Below, piece by piece: positions 47,714 through 57,824 of a DNA stretch of 64,000 nt. The notes beneath the pieces were generated by a model. The model was not told the DNA's origin. It saw only the letters and a program-made list of their open reading frames with translations, and did not search any database. Source of the DNA: a virus. Location of the stretch: the IMG/VR virus record IMGVR_UViG_3300025418_000694, positions 1-64,000 of that record; one strand, 5' to 3'. The position numbers and the translations under genes are program-made. Positions within the stretch are counted from its first letter, which is position 1. Each line of letters begins with the position of its first letter.

Positions 47714-47836
47714 ATGGTTGATGACGACCCTTTTGATGAAGATATAGATATTGAAGAAGATTGGATTGAGGAAGATGACGAAGAAGAAGTCGAGTGGGAA
47801 GATGAAGAAGATTTCGGAGAGTATATTGGAGAGTAA
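47714..47836 (+). CDS. Hyper-acidic 40-aa peptide
   Basis: MVDDDPFDEDIDIEEDWIEEDDEEEVEWEDEEDFGEYIGE; purine-rich leader. Confidence 0.55.
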   Translation: MVDDDPFDEDIDIEEDWIEEDDEEEVEWEDEEDFGEYIGE

Positions 47837-48002
47837 TCCCAATTACGTTACAGTAGAGGAGTTTACTCAAAGATACGCCAATGCTCTTGGCGGTTATCTA
47901 GCAGGGTCTTTTCCTAATGGAGAGACTCACGTAGTAGATTTAATGGTAAGCGCTTCCTGTTTTGCTGAAGCGTCGTTCTATTTGTTTGATAACTTCTTTT
48001 AG
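47802..48002 (+). CDS. Hypothetical protein
   Basis: Likely start MKKISESIL; last ORF of the plus-strand block. Confidence 0.55.
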   Translation: MKKISESILESNPNYVTVEEFTQRYANALGGYLAGSFPNGETHVVDLMVSASCFAEASFYLFDNFF

Positions 48003-48009
48003 TAGAAAC

Positions 48010-48127
48010 CACAGAAGGGCGTTAAAGCGCTTTCCTGCCTTTCCACGCTAAGGGCGGTCATGACCTTGTAATTGTTTTTTATCATATTTTGGGCAATTAC
48101 AGGCGAGCCGTACCTGCGCCTTATGTG
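48010..48127 (+). ncRNA. Candidate three-way-junction RNA with kink-turn and pyrimidine loop
   Basis: P1, P2 and P3 stems and tandem G.A/A.G pairs after a 3-nt bulge, read by hand. Confidence 0.6.
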
Positions 48128-48129
48128 AG

Positions 48130-48159
48130 AAACCCCCCGATTCGTTCACGGGGGGTTTT
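48130..48159. terminator. Bidirectional terminator between the early block and nrdJ
   Basis: AAACCCCCCG/CGGGGGGTTTT. Confidence 0.85.
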
Positions 48160-48164
48160 ACTAT

Positions 48165-50201
48165 TTACTGATTGTCTTTAATCAGTTTAACTTCACACGC
48201 GTCTGTCGTACAGTAAGCCTCTCCAACTGCGTCATAAGCCATGCCAGCGTACACGCCAGCAAAGTCTATTGGAAAGAGAGTCATACGATAATTCTCATAA
48301 TCATCTTCAGTAATTTGAGTGTAAGGCATTTGGTTATAGACCATGTTTCCTGAAGGTAAGAAAGAGATAGTCTTTAATTGACCGTCATACAAATGTAGAA
48401 CAGTTCCAACATCTTTAGATTCCGACTCTGGATTAAAAGAGACAGTTACAGAGACAGAATTGTCACTCCAATAACGTTGAGCTGTGGCAGCTAGAGCTAC
48501 CTTTTCATAGATAGAGACATCTTTCTCAGAGCGTTTAGCATTAGATTTGACTGGAAAGTAGACTACAGAGGTAGTATCAGGAGATTCCATAGCAGGTTCT
48601 ACTTTATATTGAGCCATCTTAAAGAGAGGAAGCATTGGATCATTGTTTCCAAAGCGGATGGCACGTAGGAAGTATTCTCCACCAACAGACCAATGAACTC
48701 CTGGACTCTCACCTGCCAAGATAGAGACAGTTCCCGAAGGCTTTACAGTTGTAGTCTTAATTGACTCACGGATACCAAGCCACTCTGAATAGCCCTTGTC
48801 ATAACTTTGGATAGTGCCGTAGCCCTCATCCATCCATTGACGCAAGGCTGGTAGCCCTTTGTTATCTGCGAAGTTAGCCACACCTGACATGGAAGTTCCA
48901 ATACGGCGATTGCGTTGCATGATTGCGTTAGTCTCTTCCCAGTGAGTAGGCAGGAGAGTGACTGTCTTGGCATAGAGATAGGCAAACTTAAGAGTTCGCT
49001 TAAAGTCATCTAAAGAGTCATGGCGGTTGAGATAAGTCTCAACGAGCGTACAACACTCATAGGATTCAAGAGACTGTTCGGCACATGGGTTATATCCAGA
49101 AGCGCGCCAGTCTTTATTGTTGATTGGGTCAGCCAAGCGACCATACTTACGAGTGACATCCATCCAGATAACCCCAGGCTCACCATTGAGGGCAATGCCA
49201 TCAATAATAGAATCCAAGTTATCGCCAACATTTACCTCTACGGAGTTGTTAGACATCCAAGCCCAGCCAGGCTTATCAGCATCGTAGGAGTTTCTTTTTG
49301 GGAATACTTTAGGGTTCTTTAGATTTAAGAAGGTTTGATCATCCAGTCTACCCATTAGAAGCTCAGCTGAGCGGCGGACGTTACCAGAGACCACGCATAC
49401 TCCGATTAGGTTACCCAAATCAGCAATGTCTACTCTAGAAAGCTTCTCTCCAGCCTTATTCTTGAATATAGAACGGATGTGCTTGTGTAATCTTTCAAGA
49501 GGCTCTGGGCCTGCAGCTGTGCCGCCAAATGTTTTGATTGGAACGCCTGCTGGACGTACTAAACTGTAATCAAACTTATACTTAGGCTGGTCTGGCTTTA
49601 GATACGAGTTGATTAGCAAAGCAACAGACTCAACCCATCCCTCACGGGTATCAGCTACCTGGTATACCGCCTCCTCATCAGTTGGCTGGTAAATAGTAAA
49701 GTCTTTATCAGCACCCTTGTCATCAAAGCCAACACCCACACCTAGCATTGAGGCTTCCATTAGGAAGGCAAATGGCTTGGCTGGATCGTTCTTTGTCATA
49801 GACGCAGTTGATACAAAAGAACAGTTTTGGAGAGCTGCTGAATTGCGCTGCTCATTTACAAGGGGAGTTCCCATTACCCATAGACCGCGTCCTGGTGGAG
49901 TCCACTTTAGAGTAAACAAGCGGTCAAAGGCTTCTTTAGCAGAAGCTTGAGCTTTAGAATCATTCCAAGGAAGACGGTTGGTTTTGCAATGGTCTTTCTG
50001 TAGAGAATACATACCGTTGATGACTCTCTCACAGACATCTACCCAAGTCTCTTTTGTGCCGTCCTCTTTAAGTCTAGAGTAGGTTCTAAGGAAGGTAATC
50101 TCACCGACTGAGTTTCCAGCGGCATCTTGATAGCCCCAAGGGACTTTCTTAGACCGATAACCTGAGACGAATTCCTCTGCTAGACGAAAGGACAATGCCA
50201 T
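48165..50201 (-). CDS. nrdJ: Class II (adenosylcobalamin) ribonucleoside-triphosphate reductase
   Basis: TPPGRGLW, LQNC, GNVRRSA, NPCAEQ.L...ECCTL, KPSGTVS, C-terminal CTTDAC. Confidence 0.95.
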   Translation of the reverse strand: MALSFRLAEEFVSGYRSKKVPWGYQDAAGNSVGEITFLRTYSRLKEDGTKETWVDVCERVINGMYSLQKDHCKTNRLPWNDSKAQASAKEAFDRLFTLKWTPPGRGLWVMGTPLVNEQRNSAALQNCSFVSTASMTKNDPAKPFAFLMEASMLGVGVGFDDKGADKDFTIYQPTDEEAVYQVADTREGWVESVALLINSYLKPDQPKYKFDYSLVRPAGVPIKTFGGTAAGPEPLERLHKHIRSIFKNKAGEKLSRVDIADLGNLIGVCVVSGNVRRSAELLMGRLDDQTFLNLKNPKVFPKRNSYDADKPGWAWMSNNSVEVNVGDNLDSIIDGIALNGEPGVIWMDVTRKYGRLADPINNKDWRASGYNPCAEQSLESYECCTLVETYLNRHDSLDDFKRTLKFAYLYAKTVTLLPTHWEETNAIMQRNRRIGTSMSGVANFADNKGLPALRQWMDEGYGTIQSYDKGYSEWLGIRESIKTTTVKPSGTVSILAGESPGVHWSVGGEYFLRAIRFGNNDPMLPLFKMAQYKVEPAMESPDTTSVVYFPVKSNAKRSEKDVSIYEKVALAATAQRYWSDNSVSVTVSFNPESESKDVGTVLHLYDGQLKTISFLPSGNMVYNQMPYTQITEDDYENYRMTLFPIDFAGVYAGMAYDAVGEAYCTTDACEVKLIKDNQ

Positions 50202-50307
50202 CGAAACACCCCGTATTCTGTAGTAAGTTTTATAGTTTAAGTGGAAAATTTCTGTAGTTCAGCGGGAAGGTACTTTCCAACTCTGGTAGTACCAAGTTAT
50301 ATGATAA

Positions 50308-51762
50308 CTAGCCGTCCGTCAGACCTTTGATTACTTCGTCAGTTTCGGCCTGATTGAGACCCTGATTAGGTAATTCTTTAAGGACATTTGCCCTATCTCC
50401 GAAGATAGAACTGAGCACTCCTGCCCCGCCTTGGCGCTCTACTGTCATGCGGATAAACTCTCTTGAGTCATCTAATTCTTTAGTCGTTTTAATCAATTTG
50501 AATAGGCGGTCAATCTCTTTAGAAACATTGGGATCGGCGTATCCACCGTTCATTTCTTCAGAAAAACGCATAAAAGCAACCCTTTGCCCCTGCATTTCAA
50601 TGATTGCATTGATGAGTGATTTGAGTTGTTCTTTGGTCTTTACCTCTACTGGAAGCTTGAAAGCACATACTGATTGAGGCTTAAAAGCAGGGCAGTTAGA
50701 GGCTACAAAGCAGGTATCACATACACGTAAACTCGATTGTTGTGAGTGTACGGTGGACACTTCTTTAATAGTTCCATCTGGGTCAATTACCTGTTCTGAA
50801 GCGTATCCAAAGACGGGTAAATTGCCCATTTCTTCTGGATTACGTGGCAAAAGTTTTCCTACTTCTAAGGGCTTCTTATCAATAGTTGAGGGGGTAGTTT
50901 CTCCATTTTCTGGAGTCGCTGGTATGTCCTTATTATCATATAACTTCTCTGGTTCTTCTGGTGACATACCGTTTAACCTCGCTTCAAATTGAAGGTAAGA
51001 CCATACCGCTAAACGGCAGACTTCCTTATCGTCGTCTTCTAAAATCTTCTCTACGTCCAACCCAGCCTTGTTATAGGCGTTCCTATACCTAGGGCGAGCT
51101 TGGTCTTTCATACGGGCTGGGTAGCGGTTTAACTTAGTTCCGTCCCAGACAATGGTCTCTCCATTACGCATAGGGCTGAGCCATGACATAGTGCTGGCAG
51201 TCTCACAGGTGATCTGGCGCAGTATCTCGGGCTTGGCTGAGCCTAGCACATGAAACCTTGTACCTTGAGTACGAACAAGTGTTCTGGTCACTGTTAACAG
51301 CTGTGAGCTGTTCTCTAGGGATTCTCCAGGAATTGCTATGTCTAAGTACCTATCTCCGAGTAGATTAAGCTCAGCAAATCCAGAATCGAAGTGCCAAGTA
51401 GGCAGGAACTTACCTGGTGGCACCTGAGCCCACACAGTGCGGCGCTGTTCCTCTACAAAGTCGGGGTTATCTACAGTTATCTCGCTGAACATATTGATAC
51501 GGTCAATGTTGTTAGCAATAAAATCCTCATACTCAGCTGCAAAGATCTCTAGCTCAAGCTGGTCTAACTCCGTATCCTTGGGTACTCCTGGGTATACATA
51601 AATGTAGAAATGGTCTTTGAAGTAATTCTTCAATAGATATGTTTTTTGAGGCAGCCCCCGCTTCTGAAGGCCCCAGAAGCTAACGCCAACGTGGGTAGCT
51701 GAGGTACTTTCTAGTAAAGTGCGGTTGCTAGGAATCTCTGCTCCTAAGTAAACGAACTTCAT
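50308..51762 (-). CDS. TGT/DpdA-like barrel protein (catalytic Asp positions appear degenerate) with Cys4 cluster
   Basis: FLPTWH, YLDIAIPG, RFHVLG, ASTMSWL pattern; CDTC...CP.F...C. Confidence 0.5.
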   Translation of the reverse strand: MKFVYLGAEIPSNRTLLESTSATHVGVSFWGLQKRGLPQKTYLLKNYFKDHFYIYVYPGVPKDTELDQLELEIFAAEYEDFIANNIDRINMFSEITVDNPDFVEEQRRTVWAQVPPGKFLPTWHFDSGFAELNLLGDRYLDIAIPGESLENSSQLLTVTRTLVRTQGTRFHVLGSAKPEILRQITCETASTMSWLSPMRNGETIVWDGTKLNRYPARMKDQARPRYRNAYNKAGLDVEKILEDDDKEVCRLAVWSYLQFEARLNGMSPEEPEKLYDNKDIPATPENGETTPSTIDKKPLEVGKLLPRNPEEMGNLPVFGYASEQVIDPDGTIKEVSTVHSQQSSLRVCDTCFVASNCPAFKPQSVCAFKLPVEVKTKEQLKSLINAIIEMQGQRVAFMRFSEEMNGGYADPNVSKEIDRLFKLIKTTKELDDSREFIRMTVERQGGAGVLSSIFGDRANVLKELPNQGLNQAETDEVIKGLTDG

Positions 51763-52220
51763 TGGACTCTAGTGTCTTCTAGGAAAGCTTCCTGTTGTTT
51801 AACAATCTCGCCTTTAATTTTGTCCCAAGACTTAACGCCCTGACGGCCATCTGGACGGAACTTCTCTGTTAAATAGACTGGGTGTAGAAACATTAAAGTG
51901 GTGACCCCAATCTCTAGAAGTCGTGCTGCTAACTCAGGGTCCGATGTTATTACAAGATCGACCTGCCCTTGACCGCGGCAGTATTCCACTTGGCGTAACT
52001 CTAAGAAGTCAGCACCTATGGCTACATCTGGCCCAACAATGTCATCAATAAAATTGGCTTTGTTCTCTCTTAACCAACGGTCTCCTAGCGCTTTATTAGG
52101 GCATAGAAGAAGCACACGGCCTTTGTCTTTTAAGGTACGGAACAAGGACATGCCTTGAGGGATTGGGGCGTTAGTTACTGTGTTACGCAATACGCCGTCG
52201 ATAAAAATAAGTGTTGCCAC
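51759..52220 (-). CDS. HAD-fold protein (motif I degenerate)
   Basis: LIFIDGVLR, DRWL. Confidence 0.55.
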   Translation of the reverse strand: MATLIFIDGVLRNTVTNAPIPQGMSLFRTLKDKGRVLLLCPNKALGDRWLRENKANFIDDIVGPDVAIGADFLELRQVEYCRGQGQVDLVITSDPELAARLLEIGVTTLMFLHPVYLTEKFRPDGRQGVKSWDKIKGEIVKQQEAFLEDTRVQ

Positions 52221-52263
52221 GAGTTGTACCCTACTACTAATTACAGATTGTTGTTAAATTGTT

Positions 52264-53193
52264 TTATCTTCCACCGATTGCTCGGCGGATTAAGGTATCA
52301 ACATTAGGCAGTTCCATGCCGTATGTTTGCTCCTCAAATACTTTCTTTCCTTTTGCGGATATATCCTTAAGCTTCTTAAGTGCTTGAATCGTACCCGTTT
52401 CTTTACCTGCTTGCCAGCGATAGTTAGCTGGATCCATATATCCTAGCCCAGATTCACTGAAAGCATATCTGCGACCTTTGTGGATATCTTCAAAAAGGGC
52501 TACTCCCTGATCTATAGCTAACTTCAATGCGGCTTCAGCATTACGGCGAGCTGTATCTGTAGGGGCGCTTCCTATAGATGTTAAGGCTGCTGAGTACCGT
52601 GAAAGGATATCACTTGTTAATGATGTATCTTTCTGCACTTTCTGCTCTAGCATCTTATTTTTAGGAGCTGCTTTAGTTTCTGGCTGAACAGTCCAATCGT
52701 CATTAGTAAGTGAATAAGCGGCATAGGGCTTAATCTGTCTAATATCAGACTTTACATTTACATAGAAGGTAAGTTCAAATGCGCCCAAGAAATTAGAAGT
52801 TAATGGATGCAGGTCATTTCTGAAGTCTTCATTGAACATAGCTGCAATTTGCTTATCGCTCAAAGCTTTGTACTCTGGATTAGATTGGCGGAACATTAGG
52901 TAATTTATACCAATTAAACAGTCTAAATCTGCTGGTGTTCTTGAAGCTGTCCATTGATAGCTTACTCCAGAGCCAGCTAACCAAACAGTTGTGTAAGCCT
53001 CTGGGTTGTAATAGTGCATGCTTAGATGCTCAAATAGGACTCTAATAATGGCAGAGCGTACAGAGGGAACAATCTTCCCATCTCTGAATAAACGTGGATC
53101 TAGACCTGCGCCTGGAGCGCTGAAATATGAGGTCTCAGATGGCTGTAACGAAACAGGCTCTGCTTGTTGCGCTAATGTCTCGTACAAATCCAT
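52264..53193 (-). CDS. Pol-beta-superfamily nucleotidyltransferase
   Basis: LAGSGVSYQW...ADLDCLI, FELTFYV, AAYSL..DDW. Confidence 0.75.
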   Translation of the reverse strand: MDLYETLAQQAEPVSLQPSETSYFSAPGAGLDPRLFRDGKIVPSVRSAIIRVLFEHLSMHYYNPEAYTTVWLAGSGVSYQWTASRTPADLDCLIGINYLMFRQSNPEYKALSDKQIAAMFNEDFRNDLHPLTSNFLGAFELTFYVNVKSDIRQIKPYAAYSLTNDDWTVQPETKAAPKNKMLEQKVQKDTSLTSDILSRYSAALTSIGSAPTDTARRNAEAALKLAIDQGVALFEDIHKGRRYAFSESGLGYMDPANYRWQAGKETGTIQALKKLKDISAKGKKVFEEQTYGMELPNVDTLIRRAIGGR

Positions 53194-53200
53194 TTAGATA

Positions 53201-53410
53201 TTATAGTTCGTTTTTACGTTGTTCTTTGTGGGTAATGTCGTAGCGCTTGGTTTTTTCTTCAACCTCTTCTTTAACTTTAGACACAAAACCGCAATCTTGG
53301 TGGGCATTGACAAATCGCTGACCCCAGACTAGGCCTATGGTTTCGTTTTCTAGCGAGTCTACTTGAAGCGTAGCTCCACAGTTACAAGACATTTCTACGA
53401 ACATAGCCAA
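53201..53410 (-). CDS. Small Zn-binding hypothetical
   Basis: CNCG...HQDC. Confidence 0.6.
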   Translation of the reverse strand: MAMFVEMSCNCGATLQVDSLENETIGLVWGQRFVNAHQDCGFVSKVKEEVEEKTKRYDITHKEQRKNEL

Positions 53411-53475
53411 CCACCTTTATCTATTAGTGTAAATACAGTATACCTGTTTTATACATCAGTAAAAAGGGTTAAAGG

Positions 53476-54021
53476 TTACTTGTACAAACCCTTTTCTTTG
53501 TAGGCTTTTTGTTGAACCATCATCTTGTAAGGGCAGAAATCACAAAGAAATACTTTAATTGTAGACTTTCCTAAACCTTCTGCTTTACGCTCTTTATCGG
53601 TACCAGCGTTTAGTAGTTTTTTATCGGTTTTGTAATCAGAACAGTCTGTAGTTTTATTGTGCGCTTGCCAACATGCCATGGCGTCTTGGCTGTATGTATC
53701 TTTAGTCTCGTAAAAGTTAGTTCCAAATGCGTCTAAACCAGCAGTTAAAGGACTTCCTTTACCTGTGAATTGCTCTTTAATTTGGGAAATGATTGAGGCT
53801 TTTATCTTTGGAGTCATCCAATAGACAAAATTAACATCAGTAAGCATGCCCATGTGACCGCCACGCTCATGTGGGGAAACGGCTGCTTCTAAAAAGGGAT
53901 TTTCTGATTGATCGTATTTGCCATCACCTAGATACTTACCATTCTTAGCGTAAGGTAGCTCTTCAATGGTTTTACAGGTCTTGCATACGAGTAGGTTGAC
54001 GCGCTCTTCATCTAGTTCCAT
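53476..54021 (-). CDS. Cys-rich conserved hypothetical protein
   Basis: CKTC, CW..H...C, CDFC; leaderless-type start. Confidence 0.7.
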   Translation of the reverse strand: MELDEERVNLLVCKTCKTIEELPYAKNGKYLGDGKYDQSENPFLEAAVSPHERGGHMGMLTDVNFVYWMTPKIKASIISQIKEQFTGKGSPLTAGLDAFGTNFYETKDTYSQDAMACWQAHNKTTDCSDYKTDKKLLNAGTDKERKAEGLGKSTIKVFLCDFCPYKMMVQQKAYKEKGLYK

Positions 54022-54067
54022 GTGGTGATCCTATCATATGTTCCGATTAGCGCCTAAAGGCGCAGTA

Positions 54068-56503
54068 TTACTTCTTTCTAGCGGCTAATTTGGCTCTTGC
54101 TGCAGCCATAGCTTTTTCTTTAGCATACTTATTTGTAGCAGTATTGGCTGCTTGAACTTTTAACTTCTCTTTATGCTCTGCTTCTTCTGTGGTTACAGCT
54201 ACTGCCCGAGCAACAGGCTCTTCACTCTTAATTTTTTGAGGGGCAGTTTCTTGTTGAACTGCTTGAATCTGACGTGTAGGTTCAATAGGTTTAGAGACAG
54301 GGGTAGTGCCGCCAAAACGATCTATTACAGAAGGCCTAGTTCCTGTTGAAGGACGACCCATTAGTATTTATCATACTCGTTAGGTACGTGACGTACGTGG
54401 CCTTCTCCAGGAAGAAAACTTTCTTGTTTACCTGTTAGGTCGTGGGAAACAGAATAATGTGGCATCCCATGTGAATCTTTTACGTTATTGCGTTCCCAAC
54501 CAGAAGCTTTACCAAGTGCGCCCATCATTTTTTCATGTGAGCCTACAGAACGACGAGTATCTCTTGCACGGTCTTTAGCCATTAGTTACCCCAATTTTTT
54601 GAACGCATATTAGGCGTTGTTACAGATTTAAGATGGGAAGCTGCGGAATTAAATTTTTCAGTTGAATCTTCTCCAGGCAGTCTTTCTATACGCGTCATAG
54701 CTTTTAGCACATTGCTATGTGCTTTTGCATATTTTTGCTGTTTAGCCATCTTTCCCATAATTAGTTACCTGCTGGGTTTACTTTGTTGGTCTCTTCTGAG
54801 TTTACAAAACCGTAGTTAAAATATGGATGTAGCCCTGAACGGTTTTTGACTACTAATTCATCGCCCATAGCAGGTGCGACCTCTGTGTTTGGACGGCGCT
54901 TACGATACTTGCCGTCAGTAGCACCCTCAGATAGGGATGCGTTCTCGGAACGTAGTTTACGTACGGTCATGCCATGCGGCCTTTCACTAATGAGCTCTGC
55001 TTCCGTCTATTGCAAGATGGGCATAGCTCTTGGTTCATCAACGATTGTACAGGGTCAATACGCATGCCACAGGCTTTGCAGGGTCTATCGCCTACGTAAT
55101 TGGTCTTGCTTAAATCTTTTTGGGTCTGAAGGCTAACATCTTCTGCCCCAGCCATGCCATCGCCAGTTGAATCCGTAAATAGTCCTGGGTCATTGCTCAT
55201 TAGTAATCGCCTATTTCTGCATCAGCAGCTTGTGTATGTGCATGGTCTGCTGCTAAATCTCTACTATAAACACCGTGTGGGTCGTAATCATTGTTAGATT
55301 CGGTTTCTTTTTTCATATTAGCTTTTGCCCCTGTAATTTTTTTATACCCATGAGCTTCTGCTATAAAATCTGCAATATTGCGTCCCATTAGATTGTTCCT
55401 CCTAGTGAGTTAGTGCTTGTGGATTCTTGAGTATTAGGGGTCTGGCTGAAGTCAGATTCTACACGCTGAGTTGTGGCAACTTTACGAGGCATTTGTGCAA
55501 TATCTTCAATAGTAATTTCATCTTCAGTATAGCCAAAGCGAGGGGGGAATAATTTAATTTGTGGCATTGGGGGGCGTACGTATGTTTGCAATTCGTCACG
55601 TCCCATTGTCCATGAGGCTAATGATTGACTCAATAGACGCTCTTGATTGGATTGGAACGGCCCGACGTATTCTTGCGGAGGATATGCAGCCTCGGGTGGT
55701 GCTACCCACGGTCTACGTCCGTAGACTCCATCAGCAAATTTTGTCATTGGTTTCCCATATTTTTAATGTCGCTAAAAATGCCGACCATTGATCCAGCCTT
55801 ACCTTTACCTGAAAGACGATTTGCTCCAGGTAGGGTTACATGCTCTCCATCATGGTGCATAACATTTGTTTCTTTAGAGGCGCTTACTGTTGCATCTGGG
55901 CGAGTAAATTTAAGTACATCAGTCTTTTTAATTATTTGACTAGGCATTTGTGGCTTATCTATATTCATGCTATCTCCATGCTGGGCGCATACGCGCTACT
56001 TGGTCAACACGACGCTTGTCTAATGCCATAGGCGATGTGCTTCTGATATTAGCTTTACCATCATTTGGTAAGTGAGGTGCTGGAGCTGCATACGCATCTT
56101 CTACTCCACGCTTTACACGAATAACATTACCGTCCCTAACGCCTTTCATTTGGCGCCGAATTCCTCGCATAGCATCGAGTCCTTCTGGGTAGTAATAATC
56201 TTGTACATCAATGCGTTCACCTCTGTGAACACCACGTTGGTATGAACGCTGTCCTACACGTACCTTAAGTGCGTTAAGAACATTGTCTGAGGTGTCACGG
56301 CCACGGTCATCTCTGCGTGTACGAATAGTTCCTAGATAACCATCTGGATATTCTGCTTGAGGGGCGCGACCAACACCGATACGAAGGTAATCCAACTCAT
56401 TGCGAGCAACAGGAACACCGCCACCACCATAGACAGTGTTAGTTCCATACATGCCACCTGCGCCCAGATTCTGGACGTTTTGATGCGGGGATGGATTAGC
56501 CAT
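54068..56503 (-). other. Operon of nine small, mostly basic or disordered ORFs
   Basis: Track ORFs 54068, 54361, 54761, 54967, 55200, 55388, 55744, 55970 plus 54582-54758 read by hand. Confidence 0.65.
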
Positions 56504-56526
56504 GTATTAAGAATACGCCTAATTAA

Positions 56527-57546
56527 CTACAGACTGGACTTAAACTCTTTACCCTCGTAAACAGCCCATTTGTCCATGATATGAATAGGTTGCAAGGTGA
56601 AATGACCATCGTCATGTACCCAACCAATCATGATTCCCTGTTGCCAATCTTCCCAATGCTTAACAGGGCGCCCGTTATCATTAAGACCAGAACCATAAGA
56701 TGGAACAGCTCCGTCTACACGGCATAGGCATCCAGGACTAGCAGAAACAGACCTGATAGGACCATCACCATTAGCAACGGTTTTATATTGTAGTTCTTGT
56801 CTGTGTGCGTGCCCAAATACTGTTGATACATGAGGGTTCTTATTTACGTATGCGCTGGCGGTAGAACCATTGCTACGTACAGTAGTTCCGTGAATAGCGC
56901 GAAGGTGTGGAGTAATCCAGTACTCACCAGCAGGATAGGCGCCTACATAATTAACACCTAGTTCTTCTAATCTTAATAGATATTGAACAGACATTACTGG
57001 CCACTCATCAGGGGTAGCGTTAGCGCGCTTAATTCCCTTAGATGCCATGGCATTCATGACTACATACTTTTGCATACGGCAGTCATGATTACCTTCTAAT
57101 AGGGTGATCTTTGCACTAGGGCAGGTAGCACGTTGCTTAGCCAATAGTGCATGGCCGTAATCAAGAGCAGGTTGAACTGTGTGTGCAAACATTTCTTCTT
57201 GTGCATATTTACCCATGGTTGGTAGGTCTAGATAATCACCTAGGTGAACAATCTCATCTACGCCATAGCGCTCTTCTAGATAGGCTAACAATTGGAAATG
57301 AACATCAATTGCTGCTTCATCGTGGAAAGGGTCTAAGGTTCCGTCTTCATACTTGCGGTAACCAATTTGAGGATCAGGAACAAATACAAATAGTTTGAAT
57401 CCATTTTTACTAGCTTGGCGTTCTTTATATTCTGCTGGCTTAATTACTGTTGGTTTAGCTTGTTGGATTGGAGGCCATGACCAATCTGTAGGACGGCTTT
57501 CAATAAGGTCTTCTAGTGTTTCTAGCAGTGTTTCTTTTACCGACAT
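56527..57546 (-). CDS. Calcineurin-like metallophosphoesterase
   Basis: PDPQ, GDYLD, GNHD, IHG, FGHAHR. Confidence 0.88.
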   Translation of the reverse strand: MSVKETLLETLEDLIESRPTDWSWPPIQQAKPTVIKPAEYKERQASKNGFKLFVFVPDPQIGYRKYEDGTLDPFHDEAAIDVHFQLLAYLEERYGVDEIVHLGDYLDLPTMGKYAQEEMFAHTVQPALDYGHALLAKQRATCPSAKITLLEGNHDCRMQKYVVMNAMASKGIKRANATPDEWPVMSVQYLLRLEELGVNYVGAYPAGEYWITPHLRAIHGTTVRSNGSTASAYVNKNPHVSTVFGHAHRQELQYKTVANGDGPIRSVSASPGCLCRVDGAVPSYGSGLNDNGRPVKHWEDWQQGIMIGWVHDDGHFTLQPIHIMDKWAVYEGKEFKSSL

Positions 57547-57767
57547 GTGCAATATCCCCTTAGGTGTGAGCGGAAGGCAGTTAGTTTAAATGGAAGGTCT
57601 AGATTTTTACTCAGATCTGCATATAGCTGGGCTACTTTTATAGTTGAGCTTTTTTCTTTGATTAGTTCGAATACTTTTTGTTCATCTTTACTTAGAGTAT
57701 TTATCCAGCGGGCTGCGGCGCATCCTGTTGGGGCGTTTTCTAAGTGCTTGTTTAACACATCTAGCAT
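57537..57767 (-). CDS. Hypothetical protein
   Basis: GC....W...H.RG.C.C; GAGGGAG RBS. Confidence 0.65.
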   Translation of the reverse strand: MLDVLNKHLENAPTGCAAARWINTLSKDEQKVFELIKEKSSTIKVAQLYADLSKNLDLPFKLTAFRSHLRGYCTCR

Positions 57768-57824
57768 GACTCTCCCTCGTGTTCGTCAAGTTACGACGTG
57801 ATAAGACTAGCACATTGTTACCCT

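Noticed and set aside
50202-50307. Cobalamin riboswitch or NrdR boxes upstream of nrdJ
   Set aside because: Gap of about 105 nt with no B12 box or convincing NrdR palindrome; only a repeated ACTACAGAA
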